From an uncultured Pseudomonadales bacterium (GTDB taxonomy: Bacteria; Pseudomonadota; Gammaproteobacteria; Pseudomonadales; UBA7239), in assembly GCA_964403125.1 (NCBI GenBank), contig CAYOEO010000005.1:1280-65279 (forward strand): 64,000 nt of DNA, read 5' to 3'. Positions 33,655-43,480 of the stretch are shown in pieces; position 1 is the stretch's first letter, and each line of letters opens with the position of its first letter. Under the pieces are notes generated by a model, which was not told the DNA's origin, did not search any database, and worked only from the letters and a program-made list of their open reading frames with translations. Made by a program: the position numbers and the translations under genes.

Positions 33655-34224
33655 ATGGCGAACTATTCTACCAGTGAATTTAAAGGCGGACTCAAGGTGA
33701 TGCTCGATGGTGATCCGTGCAATATTCTGGAGAACGAGCATGTCAAACCCGGTAAAGGGCAAGCGTTTAACCGCGTGAAATTGAAGAATTTGAAAACCGG
33801 TCGCGTGTTGGAAAAAACATTTAAGTCGGGCGATACCTTGGAAGGCGCTGATGTAGCAGATTCTGATATGCAGTATTTGTACTGCGACGGTGAGTACTGG
33901 CACTTCATGGAGCCAGAATCGTTTGAACAGCATCAAGCAAACAAGGCAACCGTGGGTGATGCCGCGTTGTGGCTGAAAGAACAGGACACTTGCATCGTGA
34001 CGCTGTACAACGGCGCGCCGCTGGCGGTGACGCCGCCGAACCATGTGGTGATGGAAGTGATAGAAACGGATCCAGGTTTGCGCGGCGATACCGCAACGGG
34101 CGGCACCAAGCCGGCGAAATTGGCAACGGGCGCTGTAGTAAAAGTGCCGTTGTTTATGAATGTCGGTGATTTGATCAAAATTGATACACGCACGGGCGAA
34201 TATCTCAGCCGTGCAAAAGAGTGA
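33655..34224 (+). CDS. efp: Elongation factor P
   Basis: The 189-aa protein has a VKPGKGQAF loop with the modifiable Lys. Confidence 0.95.
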   Translation: MANYSTSEFKGGLKVMLDGDPCNILENEHVKPGKGQAFNRVKLKNLKTGRVLEKTFKSGDTLEGADVADSDMQYLYCDGEYWHFMEPESFEQHQANKATVGDAALWLKEQDTCIVTLYNGAPLAVTPPNHVVMEVIETDPGLRGDTATGGTKPAKLATGAVVKVPLFMNVGDLIKIDTRTGEYLSRAKE

Positions 34225-34249
34225 TGCTGTTTTGCTATTCGCGTCACGG

Positions 34250-34274
34250 AAAACCGGCTTGTGCCGGTTTTTTT
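34250..34274 (+). terminator. Rho-independent terminator after efp
   Basis: A 9-bp stem (AAAACCGGC / GCCGGTTTT) with loop TTGT is followed by a T-run. Confidence 0.8.
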
Positions 34275-34297
34275 ATATACAGCATTGAGCGCACAAC

Positions 34298-35239
34298 ATG
34301 ACGGATTGGAAATCTTCTGCCAGCATAGTGATGTTGCAAAAACGCGCAGCGTTGCTGGCATATTTGCGTGCTTTTTTTGCCGCGCGCGGCGCAATGGAAG
34401 TGGATGTGCCGGCGATAACGGCGACAGCAGTCACCGATCCGAATATCGAAAGCCTCACCGTCAGTTTTGCACAGCGCACGGACTTTGATGGGTGCTTAAT
34501 CACTTCGCCAGAGTTTTACATGAAACGCTTGCTGGCGGCGGGCAGTGGCGATATTTACAGCTTGAATCACGCGTTTCGCGCCGATGAATCGGGTTCGCGC
34601 CATCATCGTGAGTTTATGTTGTTGGAGTGGTATCGCTGCGGCTGGTCGCTAGATATGTTGATGCAAGAAGTGAGCGAGTTGGTGAGAGGTGTATTGGATG
34701 GCGCAGTACAACACCTCACTTATCGCGATGCATTTTTGTTGCACACTCATATCGACCCTTTTGCAGCAGATACGGTAGTACTGAAAAAATATGCGCAGGA
34801 AAAATTGTCGCCCGCATTCGATAGCGATGATCGCGACCTTTGGTTGGATTTACTGTTTTCGCATTTGGTTGAGCCGCAGTTGCGTGGTTTGGTGTTTGTG
34901 ACGCAATTTTCTGCCGCGCAAGCGGCGTTGGCGCAAACTGAGCGTGATGAATACGGCAATGCGGTTGCCTCGCGTTTTGAGTTGTATATCGACGGTGTGG
35001 AAATTGCTAACGGCTATCAAGAAGAATTGTGTGCGGATGTATTGCGCGCGCGCTTTGCAGTCGATCAACAAAAACGCGCGCAGCGTTCACAAGATGTGCC
35101 TGCTATGGACGAGAGGTTTTTGGCTGCGATGGATGCCGGGCTGTCGCCCTGTGCGGGCGTGGCTTTAGGTGTCGATCGTTTATTGATGGCGATTAGCGGA
35201 GAAAAAAGTATTCGCGCCGTTGTGCCGTTTGTGGTGTAG
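34298..35239 (+). CDS. epmA: EF-P--(R)-beta-lysine ligase EpmA (PoxA/GenX, LysRS class II paralog)
   Basis: SPEFYMKRLLAAG, FRADESGSRHHREFMLLEWY and GVALGVDRLLM motifs are collinear with E. coli EpmA. Confidence 0.9.
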   Translation: MTDWKSSASIVMLQKRAALLAYLRAFFAARGAMEVDVPAITATAVTDPNIESLTVSFAQRTDFDGCLITSPEFYMKRLLAAGSGDIYSLNHAFRADESGSRHHREFMLLEWYRCGWSLDMLMQEVSELVRGVLDGAVQHLTYRDAFLLHTHIDPFAADTVVLKKYAQEKLSPAFDSDDRDLWLDLLFSHLVEPQLRGLVFVTQFSAAQAALAQTERDEYGNAVASRFELYIDGVEIANGYQEELCADVLRARFAVDQQKRAQRSQDVPAMDERFLAAMDAGLSPCAGVALGVDRLLMAISGEKSIRAVVPFVV

Positions 35240-35243
35240 AAAA

Positions 35244-35855
35244 TTAAACGCGACGAAATAAGCCCAGCGTTTTTACCATCGGCAATTCTTCAAATAGCCC
35301 AGAAGCTTTCGCTAATTTCCAAATATCGTAAGGTGCCTGACCGCCCTGTGTCGGGTCGGGAAAAATATCGTGAATAGCGAGGATACCGCCGACGCGAATA
35401 TGCGCCACCCAACTGCGGTAATCGTTTAGCGCCGCTTCCCACGAGTGCCCGCCGTCGATAAATACCATGCCCAACGGCGTTGCCCACTGCCGTGCTGCAA
35501 CCAGTGACGACGTAACAATCGGCACGACATGGTTTTCCAATTGTGCGGCGCGCATGGCTTTGCGAAATTCGCGAAAGCTATCCATCAAACCGACACCTTG
35601 ATCGTACAAATCGGGGTCGTGATATTCCTCGCCGAGTTGATGTTCTTCCGAGCCGCGATGGTGATCGACAGCGTAGACAATGTTATTGGCTTGTTGGGCT
35701 GCTGCGCCGAGATACACCGTCGATTTGCCGCAGTAGCTACCCACTTCCAAACAGGGGCCGAGTGCCGCTGTTTCTACGGCATGTTGATACAGCGCTGAGC
35801 CCTCTGCAGGATCGAGAAAACCTTTGATGGAGTTGATGTCGATAGGGAGCTGCAT
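35244..35855 (-). CDS. Class I SAM-dependent methyltransferase (Methyltransf_24-like)
   Basis: The 203-aa protein has motif I LEVGSYCGKSTVYLG and VFIDGGHSWEAALND. Confidence 0.6.
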   Translation of the reverse strand: MQLPIDINSIKGFLDPAEGSALYQHAVETAALGPCLEVGSYCGKSTVYLGAAAQQANNIVYAVDHHRGSEEHQLGEEYHDPDLYDQGVGLMDSFREFRKAMRAAQLENHVVPIVTSSLVAARQWATPLGMVFIDGGHSWEAALNDYRSWVAHIRVGGILAIHDIFPDPTQGGQAPYDIWKLAKASGLFEELPMVKTLGLFRRV

Positions 35856-35959
35856 AAGGCCTCGGTGTGCAAAAAAGAAAGTGTGAAAACGTGGAGTGGC
35901 GCATTATACCGATGCGCGTTTTCCGTTAGGATGCGCGCACTGTCTGAGGGGTTCCCCGC

Positions 35960-38503
35960 TTGAAATGGAATAGATTGCTACAGTGGTTGCCAGCCTTGGC
36001 TGTGGTGGCTGCTTTGTGCCTCGCGTACAAGGAAATTCAAGGGCACAACTTCCGTCAAATTGTCAGTTTGGTGTTTGGTTTTCCCGTTGCGACGCTGTGT
36101 ACAGCGCTGCTGCTGACGGTCGTGGGCTATATCTTGCTCGCCGCCTACGACGGTGTCGCGCTGTATCACTTGGGCAAGCCAACGCCTTGGCGACAAGTGT
36201 TAATGGCAGGGTTTACCAGTTTTGCCGTGAGTAATAGTGCAGGGCATGCCTTGGTGTCTGGTGGCGCACTGCGCTATCGCTTTTATTCCGCTTGGGGCTT
36301 GGGCAACCAAGAAATTATCGAAATTATTTTGCTCAGTACACTGACGTATTTTTTGGCCAACGGCACACTGCTGACAATCAGTTATCTCGCAACCCCGCTC
36401 TCCGCATTCGATGGACACCACTTAGCTAACGGCTTATTTCGTGCAGTGATGTGGGCAGTGATGTTGTTGTTGGCAGGCTACTGGGCTTTGGTGCTGAGTG
36501 GCAAACGAACATTGTCTTGGCGTACACACAGCGTCACCTTGCCAGGCAAGCGCATTACGCTGTTACAAACGCTCATCGGAGTGGGTGATTTATTGTTGGC
36601 AGCAGCCGTGTTGTATGTGCTGTTGCGTCAACACATGAATATTTCTTTTGCTGTTTTTTTGAATGCGTATTTGCTAGCGCAAGTGTTGGGATTGTTTAGT
36701 CAGTCACCGGGTGGCATTGGCGTTTTTGAAGGCGTTTTCTTGTATTTACTCACTGGCAATGCACCAACCGCAGAAGTGTTGGCTGCGTTGTTGGTGTATC
36801 GAGTGGTGTATTACTTGTTGCCATTGTTGGTGGCGTGCATCCTCATTCTTGGTTACGAATTTCGTGAACGAGAAACGCTGCGTCGCCGTGTGGTTGCACC
36901 TTGGTTGGCAGTGCAACAATTGCTGCCGCATTTGTTGTCATTGTTGATGTTGGCTAGTGGTGCCATGTTGTTATTTTCTGGTGCAACACCGGGTAAAGCA
37001 GGGCGCTTGGCTTGGTTAGGTGAGGTTCTGCCCATTGGTTTTATTGAAACATCACACGCGATAGCAAGTATGGTGGGTGTGATGTTGTTGGTTTTAGCGC
37101 GCGCTATTCGTTTGAAGTTGCGCTCTGCATATTACGCAGCACTGTTGTTGCTATCGATAGGTGCTTTGGCATCGCTGCTTAAAGGCGGTGACTACGAAGA
37201 AGCAATTATTTTGTTGAGCATTGTTGCGGTATTACTGCCGGCAAAGTCCGTTTTTTATCGCCCTTCGCGGTTAGGGCAGGCCGGTCTGACCGCTCAGTGG
37301 GTGGTGATGATTGTGCTGATCGTTGGCGTAGCCATTTGGTTGGGCTTCTTTTCCTATCGTGAAATTATTTATTCACATGATTTGTGGTGGATGTTTGAGC
37401 CAGAAGGTGATGTGCCTCGCTTTTTACGCACCACACTTGCCTCTGTCATTTTGTTGTGCATTGTGTTTGGTTTTTTCTTCCTGCGTCGCAGTCGTTTTAT
37501 GCCGCACCTGCCTGATGCGCAGGAGTTGGCGCAGGCTGAGGCGTGTGTGCGTTTAAGTGAAGATAGCAATCAATTTCTTGCTTTGACTGGTGATAAATAC
37601 TTCTTCTGGAATGAAGAAAAAACTGGATTTATTAGCTATGTCACCACGGAAAAATATTGGATTGTGATGGGCGACCCCTGTGGCACGATGGAAGTGCAAG
37701 ATGAATTGCTGTGGCAGTTCCGCGAAGCGGCAGATCGTTTTGGCGCCAAGTTGGCTTTTTACCGTGTGCGTCCATCGTTGCTGACGCTGTATCTCGATTT
37801 AGGCTTGACGATGGTCAAACTGGGTGAAGAAGCGGTTGTGGATTTGTCTGCTTTCACATTGAAAGGGCAGTCGCGCGCTTCTTTGCGCCATGCGTACAAC
37901 AAAATGCAGCGCGACAATTGGCAATTTAGCGTCGTGCCTAAAGATTCTGTTGGTTCTATTTTGGATGCCTTGGAAAATATATCAACACAATGGCTGGAAG
38001 AAAAAAATACACGTGAAAAAGGCATCTCGTTAGGATTTTTTGATAAAGATTACATTTTGCGTAGCGATGTTGCTGTTATCAGCAAAGATGAAAAAATCGT
38101 GGCGTTCGCTAATTTGTGGAAGCCTGACAATATCAATGAATTGTCGATGGATTTGATGCGTTACTCGCCCGATGCGCCCAATGGCACGATGGAGTATTTG
38201 ACAATTTGTTTGATGCTATGGGCGCAGGAGCAGGGCTATCGCAGCTTTAATTTGGGTATGGCACCTTTGTCTGGTTTGGAGTCGCACGCGCTCGCGCCTT
38301 TGTGGCACAAAATTGGTCGCTCTGTTTTTCGTTATGGCAATGAGTTTTACAATTTCCAAGGTCTGCGTTCGTACAAAGATAAGTTTAATCCGGTATGGGA
38401 GCCGCGTTATTTGGCTGTGCCGTCTGTGTTTGACGTGCCTGCGGCACTGTTGCAAATTACGACCATGATTGCTGGTGGATTGAAAGGAATTTTCAGCAAA
38501 TGA
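35960..38503 (+). CDS. mprF: Bifunctional aminoacyl-phosphatidylglycerol synthase/flippase (MprF family)
   Basis: The 847-aa protein has about 14 predicted TM helices in the N-terminal two-thirds. Its C-terminal soluble domain (YFFWNEEKTGFISY ... GISLGFFD ... FNLGMAPLSG ... FYNFQGLRSYKDKF) is typical of the LPG-synthase C domain. It uses a TTG start. Confidence 0.85.
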   Translation: MKWNRLLQWLPALAVVAALCLAYKEIQGHNFRQIVSLVFGFPVATLCTALLLTVVGYILLAAYDGVALYHLGKPTPWRQVLMAGFTSFAVSNSAGHALVSGGALRYRFYSAWGLGNQEIIEIILLSTLTYFLANGTLLTISYLATPLSAFDGHHLANGLFRAVMWAVMLLLAGYWALVLSGKRTLSWRTHSVTLPGKRITLLQTLIGVGDLLLAAAVLYVLLRQHMNISFAVFLNAYLLAQVLGLFSQSPGGIGVFEGVFLYLLTGNAPTAEVLAALLVYRVVYYLLPLLVACILILGYEFRERETLRRRVVAPWLAVQQLLPHLLSLLMLASGAMLLFSGATPGKAGRLAWLGEVLPIGFIETSHAIASMVGVMLLVLARAIRLKLRSAYYAALLLLSIGALASLLKGGDYEEAIILLSIVAVLLPAKSVFYRPSRLGQAGLTAQWVVMIVLIVGVAIWLGFFSYREIIYSHDLWWMFEPEGDVPRFLRTTLASVILLCIVFGFFFLRRSRFMPHLPDAQELAQAEACVRLSEDSNQFLALTGDKYFFWNEEKTGFISYVTTEKYWIVMGDPCGTMEVQDELLWQFREAADRFGAKLAFYRVRPSLLTLYLDLGLTMVKLGEEAVVDLSAFTLKGQSRASLRHAYNKMQRDNWQFSVVPKDSVGSILDALENISTQWLEEKNTREKGISLGFFDKDYILRSDVAVISKDEKIVAFANLWKPDNINELSMDLMRYSPDAPNGTMEYLTICLMLWAQEQGYRSFNLGMAPLSGLESHALAPLWHKIGRSVFRYGNEFYNFQGLRSYKDKFNPVWEPRYLAVPSVFDVPAALLQITTMIAGGLKGIFSK

Positions 38504-39804
38504 AATCTGTGTTACGTGTTTTAAGTGCTGTGCTATTGCTGTTGTGTGTGGCTGGTATTTGGGCGTACGGCAATACTGCGCAGCAAATGGACGCACAGCG
38601 TATGTCTTATGCCGATTTAGGTGAGACACAAGTGCTGTACGGTGGCAATCGCAGCTTGTTGCTGATCTTGGCGGATAACGATTCAATTAATGCCGTCATG
38701 CCGAAAGCAAAATGGTTTGCGTTGAGTGGTCGCACAGTCGGCGTGGTGAATGTGGACGCTTTGCTCGCGGCAGCGGCAAAACAATCCAACAACTGTCTCA
38801 ATCATGTCACCTTGCTGGATGTATACGCGCAGTATTTGCAGCAAAACTTTCAGTTTGAAACGTTTGATCGCCCTGCAATCCTCGGTGTAGGACGCGGCGG
38901 CGGTTATTTGCATGTGTTATTGGCGCAAGCGCCATCGGGTATTTTTACAGCAGGCATTTCGTTAGATAGCGCAACGTCGCTTGCGTTACCTGCTGCGCCG
39001 TGTGGTGCGGTCGCTGCATCATTGCATTGGCAGTCTGCTGTGCAGCCCGTCAACGTCACGTCATTAACGGTTACCGCTACACCGTGGACAGATTTTTCTG
39101 CCGGTTTTGTGCAAAGTTTTTCTGTGTTGAAGCACTGGTTGTACACGCAGTTTGTTGCACCGCCTGCTGAACAAGGCAAACTGCCTTTGGTAGAAATGCC
39201 GCAGCCCAATAATGGCGAAGGCGATTATTTTGTGGTGATGCTGTCGGGCGATGGGGGCTGGGCCAATATTGATAAAGACATTGCGGAAGATTTAGGCGGT
39301 CATCACATTGCCGTCGTAGGTTGGAATTCGCTGCGCTATTTTTGGCAGCCCAAAGCACCGGATGTAATGGCGGCAGATTTGGCGCGAGTGATAAAACGCT
39401 ATCAGCAGCAGTGGCAGAAACCGCGTGTTGTTGTCGCGGGGTTTTCTCTGGGAGCCGATGTATTGCCGTTTATGGTGAGTCGCTTACCGGCAGAGCTGCA
39501 AAAAAATGTGGCGGGTGTGGTGTTGCTGAGCCCATCTAAATCAGCCGACTTTCAATTTCATGTCAGCGATTGGTTGGGCAGTGATGAAGGCAGCCCCAAT
39601 CCTTTGCAGCCAGAGTTAGCCAAAATTCATGCATTGCCGTTGTTATGCATTTATGGTGAAGACGAAAGCGATGACACTGTTTGCACAGATTTGACAGAGG
39701 GCAACGGCATCAAGGTTGTGCAATTGCCTGGCGATCATCATTTTGACGGTGATTACTCTGCAGTCACACGTTTGATGCTGTCGCAGTTTCCCATCGCGCA
39801 CTGA
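38500..39804 (+). CDS. acvB: AcvB/VirJ-family periplasmic aminoacyl-PG hydrolase (virulence factor family protein)
   Basis: A signal peptide and a C-terminal VirJ-like alpha/beta-hydrolase region (VVMLSGDGGWANIDK ... GFSLGADVLPF) are present. There is an ATGA overlap with mprF, like the mprF/lpiA-acvB and PA0920-PA0919 pairs. Confidence 0.75.
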   Translation: MKSVLRVLSAVLLLLCVAGIWAYGNTAQQMDAQRMSYADLGETQVLYGGNRSLLLILADNDSINAVMPKAKWFALSGRTVGVVNVDALLAAAAKQSNNCLNHVTLLDVYAQYLQQNFQFETFDRPAILGVGRGGGYLHVLLAQAPSGIFTAGISLDSATSLALPAAPCGAVAASLHWQSAVQPVNVTSLTVTATPWTDFSAGFVQSFSVLKHWLYTQFVAPPAEQGKLPLVEMPQPNNGEGDYFVVMLSGDGGWANIDKDIAEDLGGHHIAVVGWNSLRYFWQPKAPDVMAADLARVIKRYQQQWQKPRVVVAGFSLGADVLPFMVSRLPAELQKNVAGVVLLSPSKSADFQFHVSDWLGSDEGSPNPLQPELAKIHALPLLCIYGEDESDDTVCTDLTEGNGIKVVQLPGDHHFDGDYSAVTRLMLSQFPIAH

Positions 39805-39910
39805 GCTGTAGTGTGCCGAACAAGCGCCGCAGCCCTTTTTGCCTTGAGCAAACCTCGGCGCGTCACTAACATATGCCATCTTTCCGCAGCCGGTTTTAGA
39901 GGATATTGAG

Positions 39911-40786
39911 ATGATCACGGGCAGCATGGTCGCGCTGGTAACGCCTATGAATGAGACTGGCGCTCTGGATTGGGACGTCTTGGCTGAATTGATTGAGTGG
40001 CATATTGAGCAGGGCACGCACGCTATTGTGGCGATGGGTACAACGGGTGAATCTGCCACGCTAAGTTTTGAAGAGCACGTCGCCGTGGTGCGCAGCGTGG
40101 TCAACCAAGTGCGCGGTCGCATTCCAGTGATTGCGGGCACCGGTGCCAACTCCACATCCGAAGCCATCGAGCTGACGCGCGCAGCCAAAGAAGCCAAAGT
40201 TGATGCCTGTTTGTTGGTCACGCCGTACTACAACAAACCGACGCAAGAAGGTTTGTATCTGCACCACAAAGCTGTGGCAGAAGCGGTTGCGATTCCACAA
40301 ATTTTGTACAACGTACCGAGCAGGACCGCTTGCGATATGCTGCCGGAAACAGCACTGCGTTTGGCGCAAATTGCCAATATTCGCGGCATTAAAGATGCAA
40401 CGGGTAATTTAGATCGCGCGCGTGAAATGATTGAAAGAGCACCGAGTGATTTTTATGTTTACTCTGGTGATGATGAAACCGCCGTTGATTTGATTTTGCT
40501 CGGCGGTAAAGGCGATATTTCTGTCACGGCAAACGTAGCGCCTAAACAACTTGCCAAAATGAATGCATTGGCGTTGGCGGGTAAAGCCGATGAAGCGCGC
40601 GCAATCAACGAAGTGCTGCTGCCTTTGCATCAAGCGATGTTTGTCGAATCCAATCCCATTCCTGTGAAATGGGCGTTGGAACAAATGGGCAAAATTAAAT
40701 CGGGTATACGTTTGCCTCTAACGGCATTATCAGCCAAACAACATGAAAACGTGAGATCGGCTTTAACAGCAGCAGGTTTGCTGTGA
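39911..40786 (+). CDS. dapA: 4-hydroxy-tetrahydrodipicolinate synthase
   Basis: MGTTGESATLS, YNKP and GIKDATG (Schiff-base Lys) are present in a 291-aa protein. Confidence 0.95.
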   Translation: MITGSMVALVTPMNETGALDWDVLAELIEWHIEQGTHAIVAMGTTGESATLSFEEHVAVVRSVVNQVRGRIPVIAGTGANSTSEAIELTRAAKEAKVDACLLVTPYYNKPTQEGLYLHHKAVAEAVAIPQILYNVPSRTACDMLPETALRLAQIANIRGIKDATGNLDRAREMIERAPSDFYVYSGDDETAVDLILLGGKGDISVTANVAPKQLAKMNALALAGKADEARAINEVLLPLHQAMFVESNPIPVKWALEQMGKIKSGIRLPLTALSAKQHENVRSALTAAGLL

Positions 40787-40818
40787 AAAAAATATCTCGT
40801 TTGAAAAAGGAAAACAGC

Positions 40819-41829
40819 ATGTCGATCAAAAAAATACTCTGCGGCTCGGTTGGTGCGCTGCTGGCGTTGTCAGTCAATGGTTGTGGATTGTTTTTTGGTG
40901 ACGATGGCGTGTTTCGTGATCGCGGTGACGACTACCTTAAGGCGCAGAGTATTGAGTCCATCAAAATTCCATCGGATAGCAAAGGTGAGCGCATCGGTCA
41001 GCTCTTTGTCATTCCCCCTTCTGCCAGTATGGGCAGTGCTGTGCCCACAGAATTTTCAGTCCCCAAACCTTCCAGCCCAGAAAAAATTACTGAAAAAACG
41101 CAGCAAATTAAAATTCAAAAATTGGGTGAGCGTCGCTGGATTGATATTGGTAAACCGCCTGCAGAAGTGTGGCCAGGTGTACGCGACTTTTTATTGTCGA
41201 AAGGTATGACTATCGCCGATCAAAACGCCAATAGTGGCACGCTGGAAACGGGTTGGACACCGGCGCAAACGTCCGGTGTGGATCGCTATCGTATTCAGTT
41301 GGAATCGGGTTTGAGCCCGCAATCGACAGAAATTGGCGTTGTGCAAATGAACGCGACGCGTGCTGATGCCAGCATGGCTTGGCCTGAGCATTCCATGGAT
41401 GCCGATCGCGAAGCATGGCTGATCAAAGAGTTGGCGGGATATTTGGCAAGCAACACCGGCTCGCAGGCGTCCATGTTGGCGCAAGGTCTCGATAATCGTG
41501 CGCAGCGTGTGACTTTGCTGCACAGCCCTGAGCCAACATTGCAGATGCAAGTGGATTACGCGCGAGCGTGGGCTTCGGTGAGCGGTTCATTGAACAGTGA
41601 TGGTTATCGCGTGGACAGTGCCAATCGCGAGCAAGGTGATTGGTTGTTATCTGTAACTACAGCATCAAATGATGACGACGATAAAACAGAAACCACACAA
41701 TATCGCGCACATCTTCAACGTTTGAGTGATGACAAAGTGCAAGTGACGGTGCGCAGTAGCAGCGGTGAAACACTGCCAACGGCTGATGCAGAAAAATTAC
41801 TGCAACACATTTGGGATCATCTGCTCTGA
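40819..41829 (+). CDS. bamC: Outer membrane protein assembly factor BamC (NlpB) lipoprotein
   Basis: It lies downstream of dapA and has lipobox LSVNGC and a conserved WPGVRDFLLSKGMTIADQNANSGTLETGW region. I prefer ATG 40819 (AAGGA 8 nt upstream) to the GTG at 40783 in the ORF track. Confidence 0.8.
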   Translation: MSIKKILCGSVGALLALSVNGCGLFFGDDGVFRDRGDDYLKAQSIESIKIPSDSKGERIGQLFVIPPSASMGSAVPTEFSVPKPSSPEKITEKTQQIKIQKLGERRWIDIGKPPAEVWPGVRDFLLSKGMTIADQNANSGTLETGWTPAQTSGVDRYRIQLESGLSPQSTEIGVVQMNATRADASMAWPEHSMDADREAWLIKELAGYLASNTGSQASMLAQGLDNRAQRVTLLHSPEPTLQMQVDYARAWASVSGSLNSDGYRVDSANREQGDWLLSVTTASNDDDDKTETTQYRAHLQRLSDDKVQVTVRSSSGETLPTADAEKLLQHIWDHLL

Positions 41830-42632
41830 TGCGCTTTGCATCCATCGGCAGCGGGAGTCGCGGCAATGGCACTTTGGTGCAAGCGGGCGACACCTTGTTG
41901 CTGGTGGATTGCGGTTTTGCACTCAAAGAAACGGTCGCGCGCTTGGCAAGATTAGGCGTGCAGCCGCAACAGTTGAGTGCTGTTTTAGTGACGCACGAAC
42001 ATGGCGATCATTGCAGCGGTGTGCGGGTATTGGCGAATCGCTATCAGTTGCCGGTGTATATGACAGCAGGCACTGCGCGTTCAAAAGCGTTGGTGGATGT
42101 AGAACAAACAGTCATCATCGACAGTCACGCAGCTTTTGCAGTGGATGAAATAACGGCACAGCCGGTGGCTGTGCCACACGATGCCGCTGAACCTGTGCAA
42201 TTTGTTTTTCATTGGCGCGAAAGATGTTTAGGTGTGCTGACGGATATTGGTGCCATCACGCCATTTGTGAAGCAACATTACAGTGCGTGTGACGCTTTGT
42301 TGTTGGAGAGTAATCATTGCTTGGATATGTTGGCGCGCAGCGATTACCCTTCGTCATTAAAGCTGCGAGTGAGTGGACGTTTTGGGCATTTAAGTAATGC
42401 GCAAGCGGCAGATTTATTGGAAGACATTGATACAGCGCGTTTGCAGCATTTAGTCATCGCGCATTTGAGTGAAAAAAATAACACGCTGGAGCGTGTGCAG
42501 CAGAGTATGGAAAAAGTCTTACAGAATATGCGTAATGTTCTGTTTGCCTGTCAGGAGAATGGGTTTGATTGGTTGACTATTCAGCCTTCAACTAACGGTG
42601 TAATGAGTAATATTTCGAGAGATGTCGCATGA
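41829..42632 (+). CDS. MBL-fold metallo-hydrolase
   Basis: HEHGDHCSG (HxHxDH) is present. ATG 41829 overlaps the bamC TGA (TGATG). Its position between bamC and purC is conserved. Confidence 0.7.
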   Translation: MRFASIGSGSRGNGTLVQAGDTLLLVDCGFALKETVARLARLGVQPQQLSAVLVTHEHGDHCSGVRVLANRYQLPVYMTAGTARSKALVDVEQTVIIDSHAAFAVDEITAQPVAVPHDAAEPVQFVFHWRERCLGVLTDIGAITPFVKQHYSACDALLLESNHCLDMLARSDYPSSLKLRVSGRFGHLSNAQAADLLEDIDTARLQHLVIAHLSEKNNTLERVQQSMEKVLQNMRNVLFACQENGFDWLTIQPSTNGVMSNISRDVA

Positions 42633-43375
42633 CTACTGTAAAAATGACTGAGGTGAACCTGAATGTTGAAAAACAGCAAGAGTTGTATAAAGGCAAAGCG
42701 AAAACGGTTTATGCCACCAATGATGCTGATCGTTTGATTTTATTGTTTCGTAACGATACCTCAGCATTCGATGGCAAAAAATTGGCGCAGTTAGATCGCA
42801 AAGGTATGGTGAACAACAAGTTCAATGCATTTATCATGCAAAAATTGCAAGCGGCCGGTATTCCGACGCATTTTGAAGGTCTGCTCAACGATCAAGAATG
42901 TGTGGTGAAAAAACTGACGATGCTGCCGGTGGAGTGTGTGGTGCGCAATCGTGCGGCGGGCAGCATGTGTCGCCGTTTGGGCATCAAAGAAGGTGCAGAA
43001 TTGTCGCCACCCACGTTTGAATTTTTTCTGAAAAGTGATGCACTCGGCGATCCGATGATTAACGAGTCGCACATCGAAACGTTTGGCTGGGCGACACGCG
43101 AGCAAGTAGAAGCGATGAAAGCGATGACTTTCCGAGTCAACCAAATTCTGCAAGAGATTTTCTTAGCGGGCAACTTGGTGCTCGTAGATTCCAAGTTGGA
43201 GTTTGGTCTGTTTAATGGCGAGTTGGTGTTGGGTGATGAGTTTAGCCCCGATGGTTGTCGTTTGTGGGATAAAACCACGGGTGAGAAAATGGACAAAGAC
43301 CGCTTCCGCCAAGACTTGGGCAATGTAATTGAAGCCTACGAGCAGGTGGCGCAACGCATCGGTGTCCCGCTATAG
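42629..43375 (+). CDS. purC: Phosphoribosylaminoimidazole-succinocarboxamide (SAICAR) synthase
   Basis: [21 protein letters not shown] and DSKLEFG motifs are present, with an ATGA overlap with the upstream gene. Confidence 0.95.
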   Translation: MTTVKMTEVNLNVEKQQELYKGKAKTVYATNDADRLILLFRNDTSAFDGKKLAQLDRKGMVNNKFNAFIMQKLQAAGIPTHFEGLLNDQECVVKKLTMLPVECVVRNRAAGSMCRRLGIKEGAELSPPTFEFFLKSDALGDPMINESHIETFGWATREQVEAMKAMTFRVNQILQEIFLAGNLVLVDSKLEFGLFNGELVLGDEFSPDGCRLWDKTTGEKMDKDRFRQDLGNVIEAYEQVAQRIGVPL

Positions 43376-43428
43376 TGGACAGGCTCGCCGTAGGGAAATT
43401 GTTAACGGCGTAGCAAAATGGTAAAAAA

Positions 43429-43476
43429 CTCGCTGGATAGGGGCAGGGTCTGACTATAATCAGGCAGTCCAGCGAG
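43429..43476 (+). promoter_or_regulatory. 9-bp perfect inverted repeat bracketing a consensus TATAAT (candidate promoter/operator)
   Basis: CTCGCTGGA (43429-43437) and TCCAGCGAG (43468-43476) flank TATAAT at 43455-43460. There is no good -35. The downstream ORF begins at 43481. Confidence 0.3.
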
Positions 43477-43480
43477 TGAA

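Noticed and set aside
39643-40221. 192-aa minus-strand ORF spanning the acvB-dapA intergenic region
   Set aside because: It is antisense to the well-supported 3' end of acvB and 5' end of dapA, and it has no recognisable motifs. It is most likely a chance open frame in GC-rich coding DNA.
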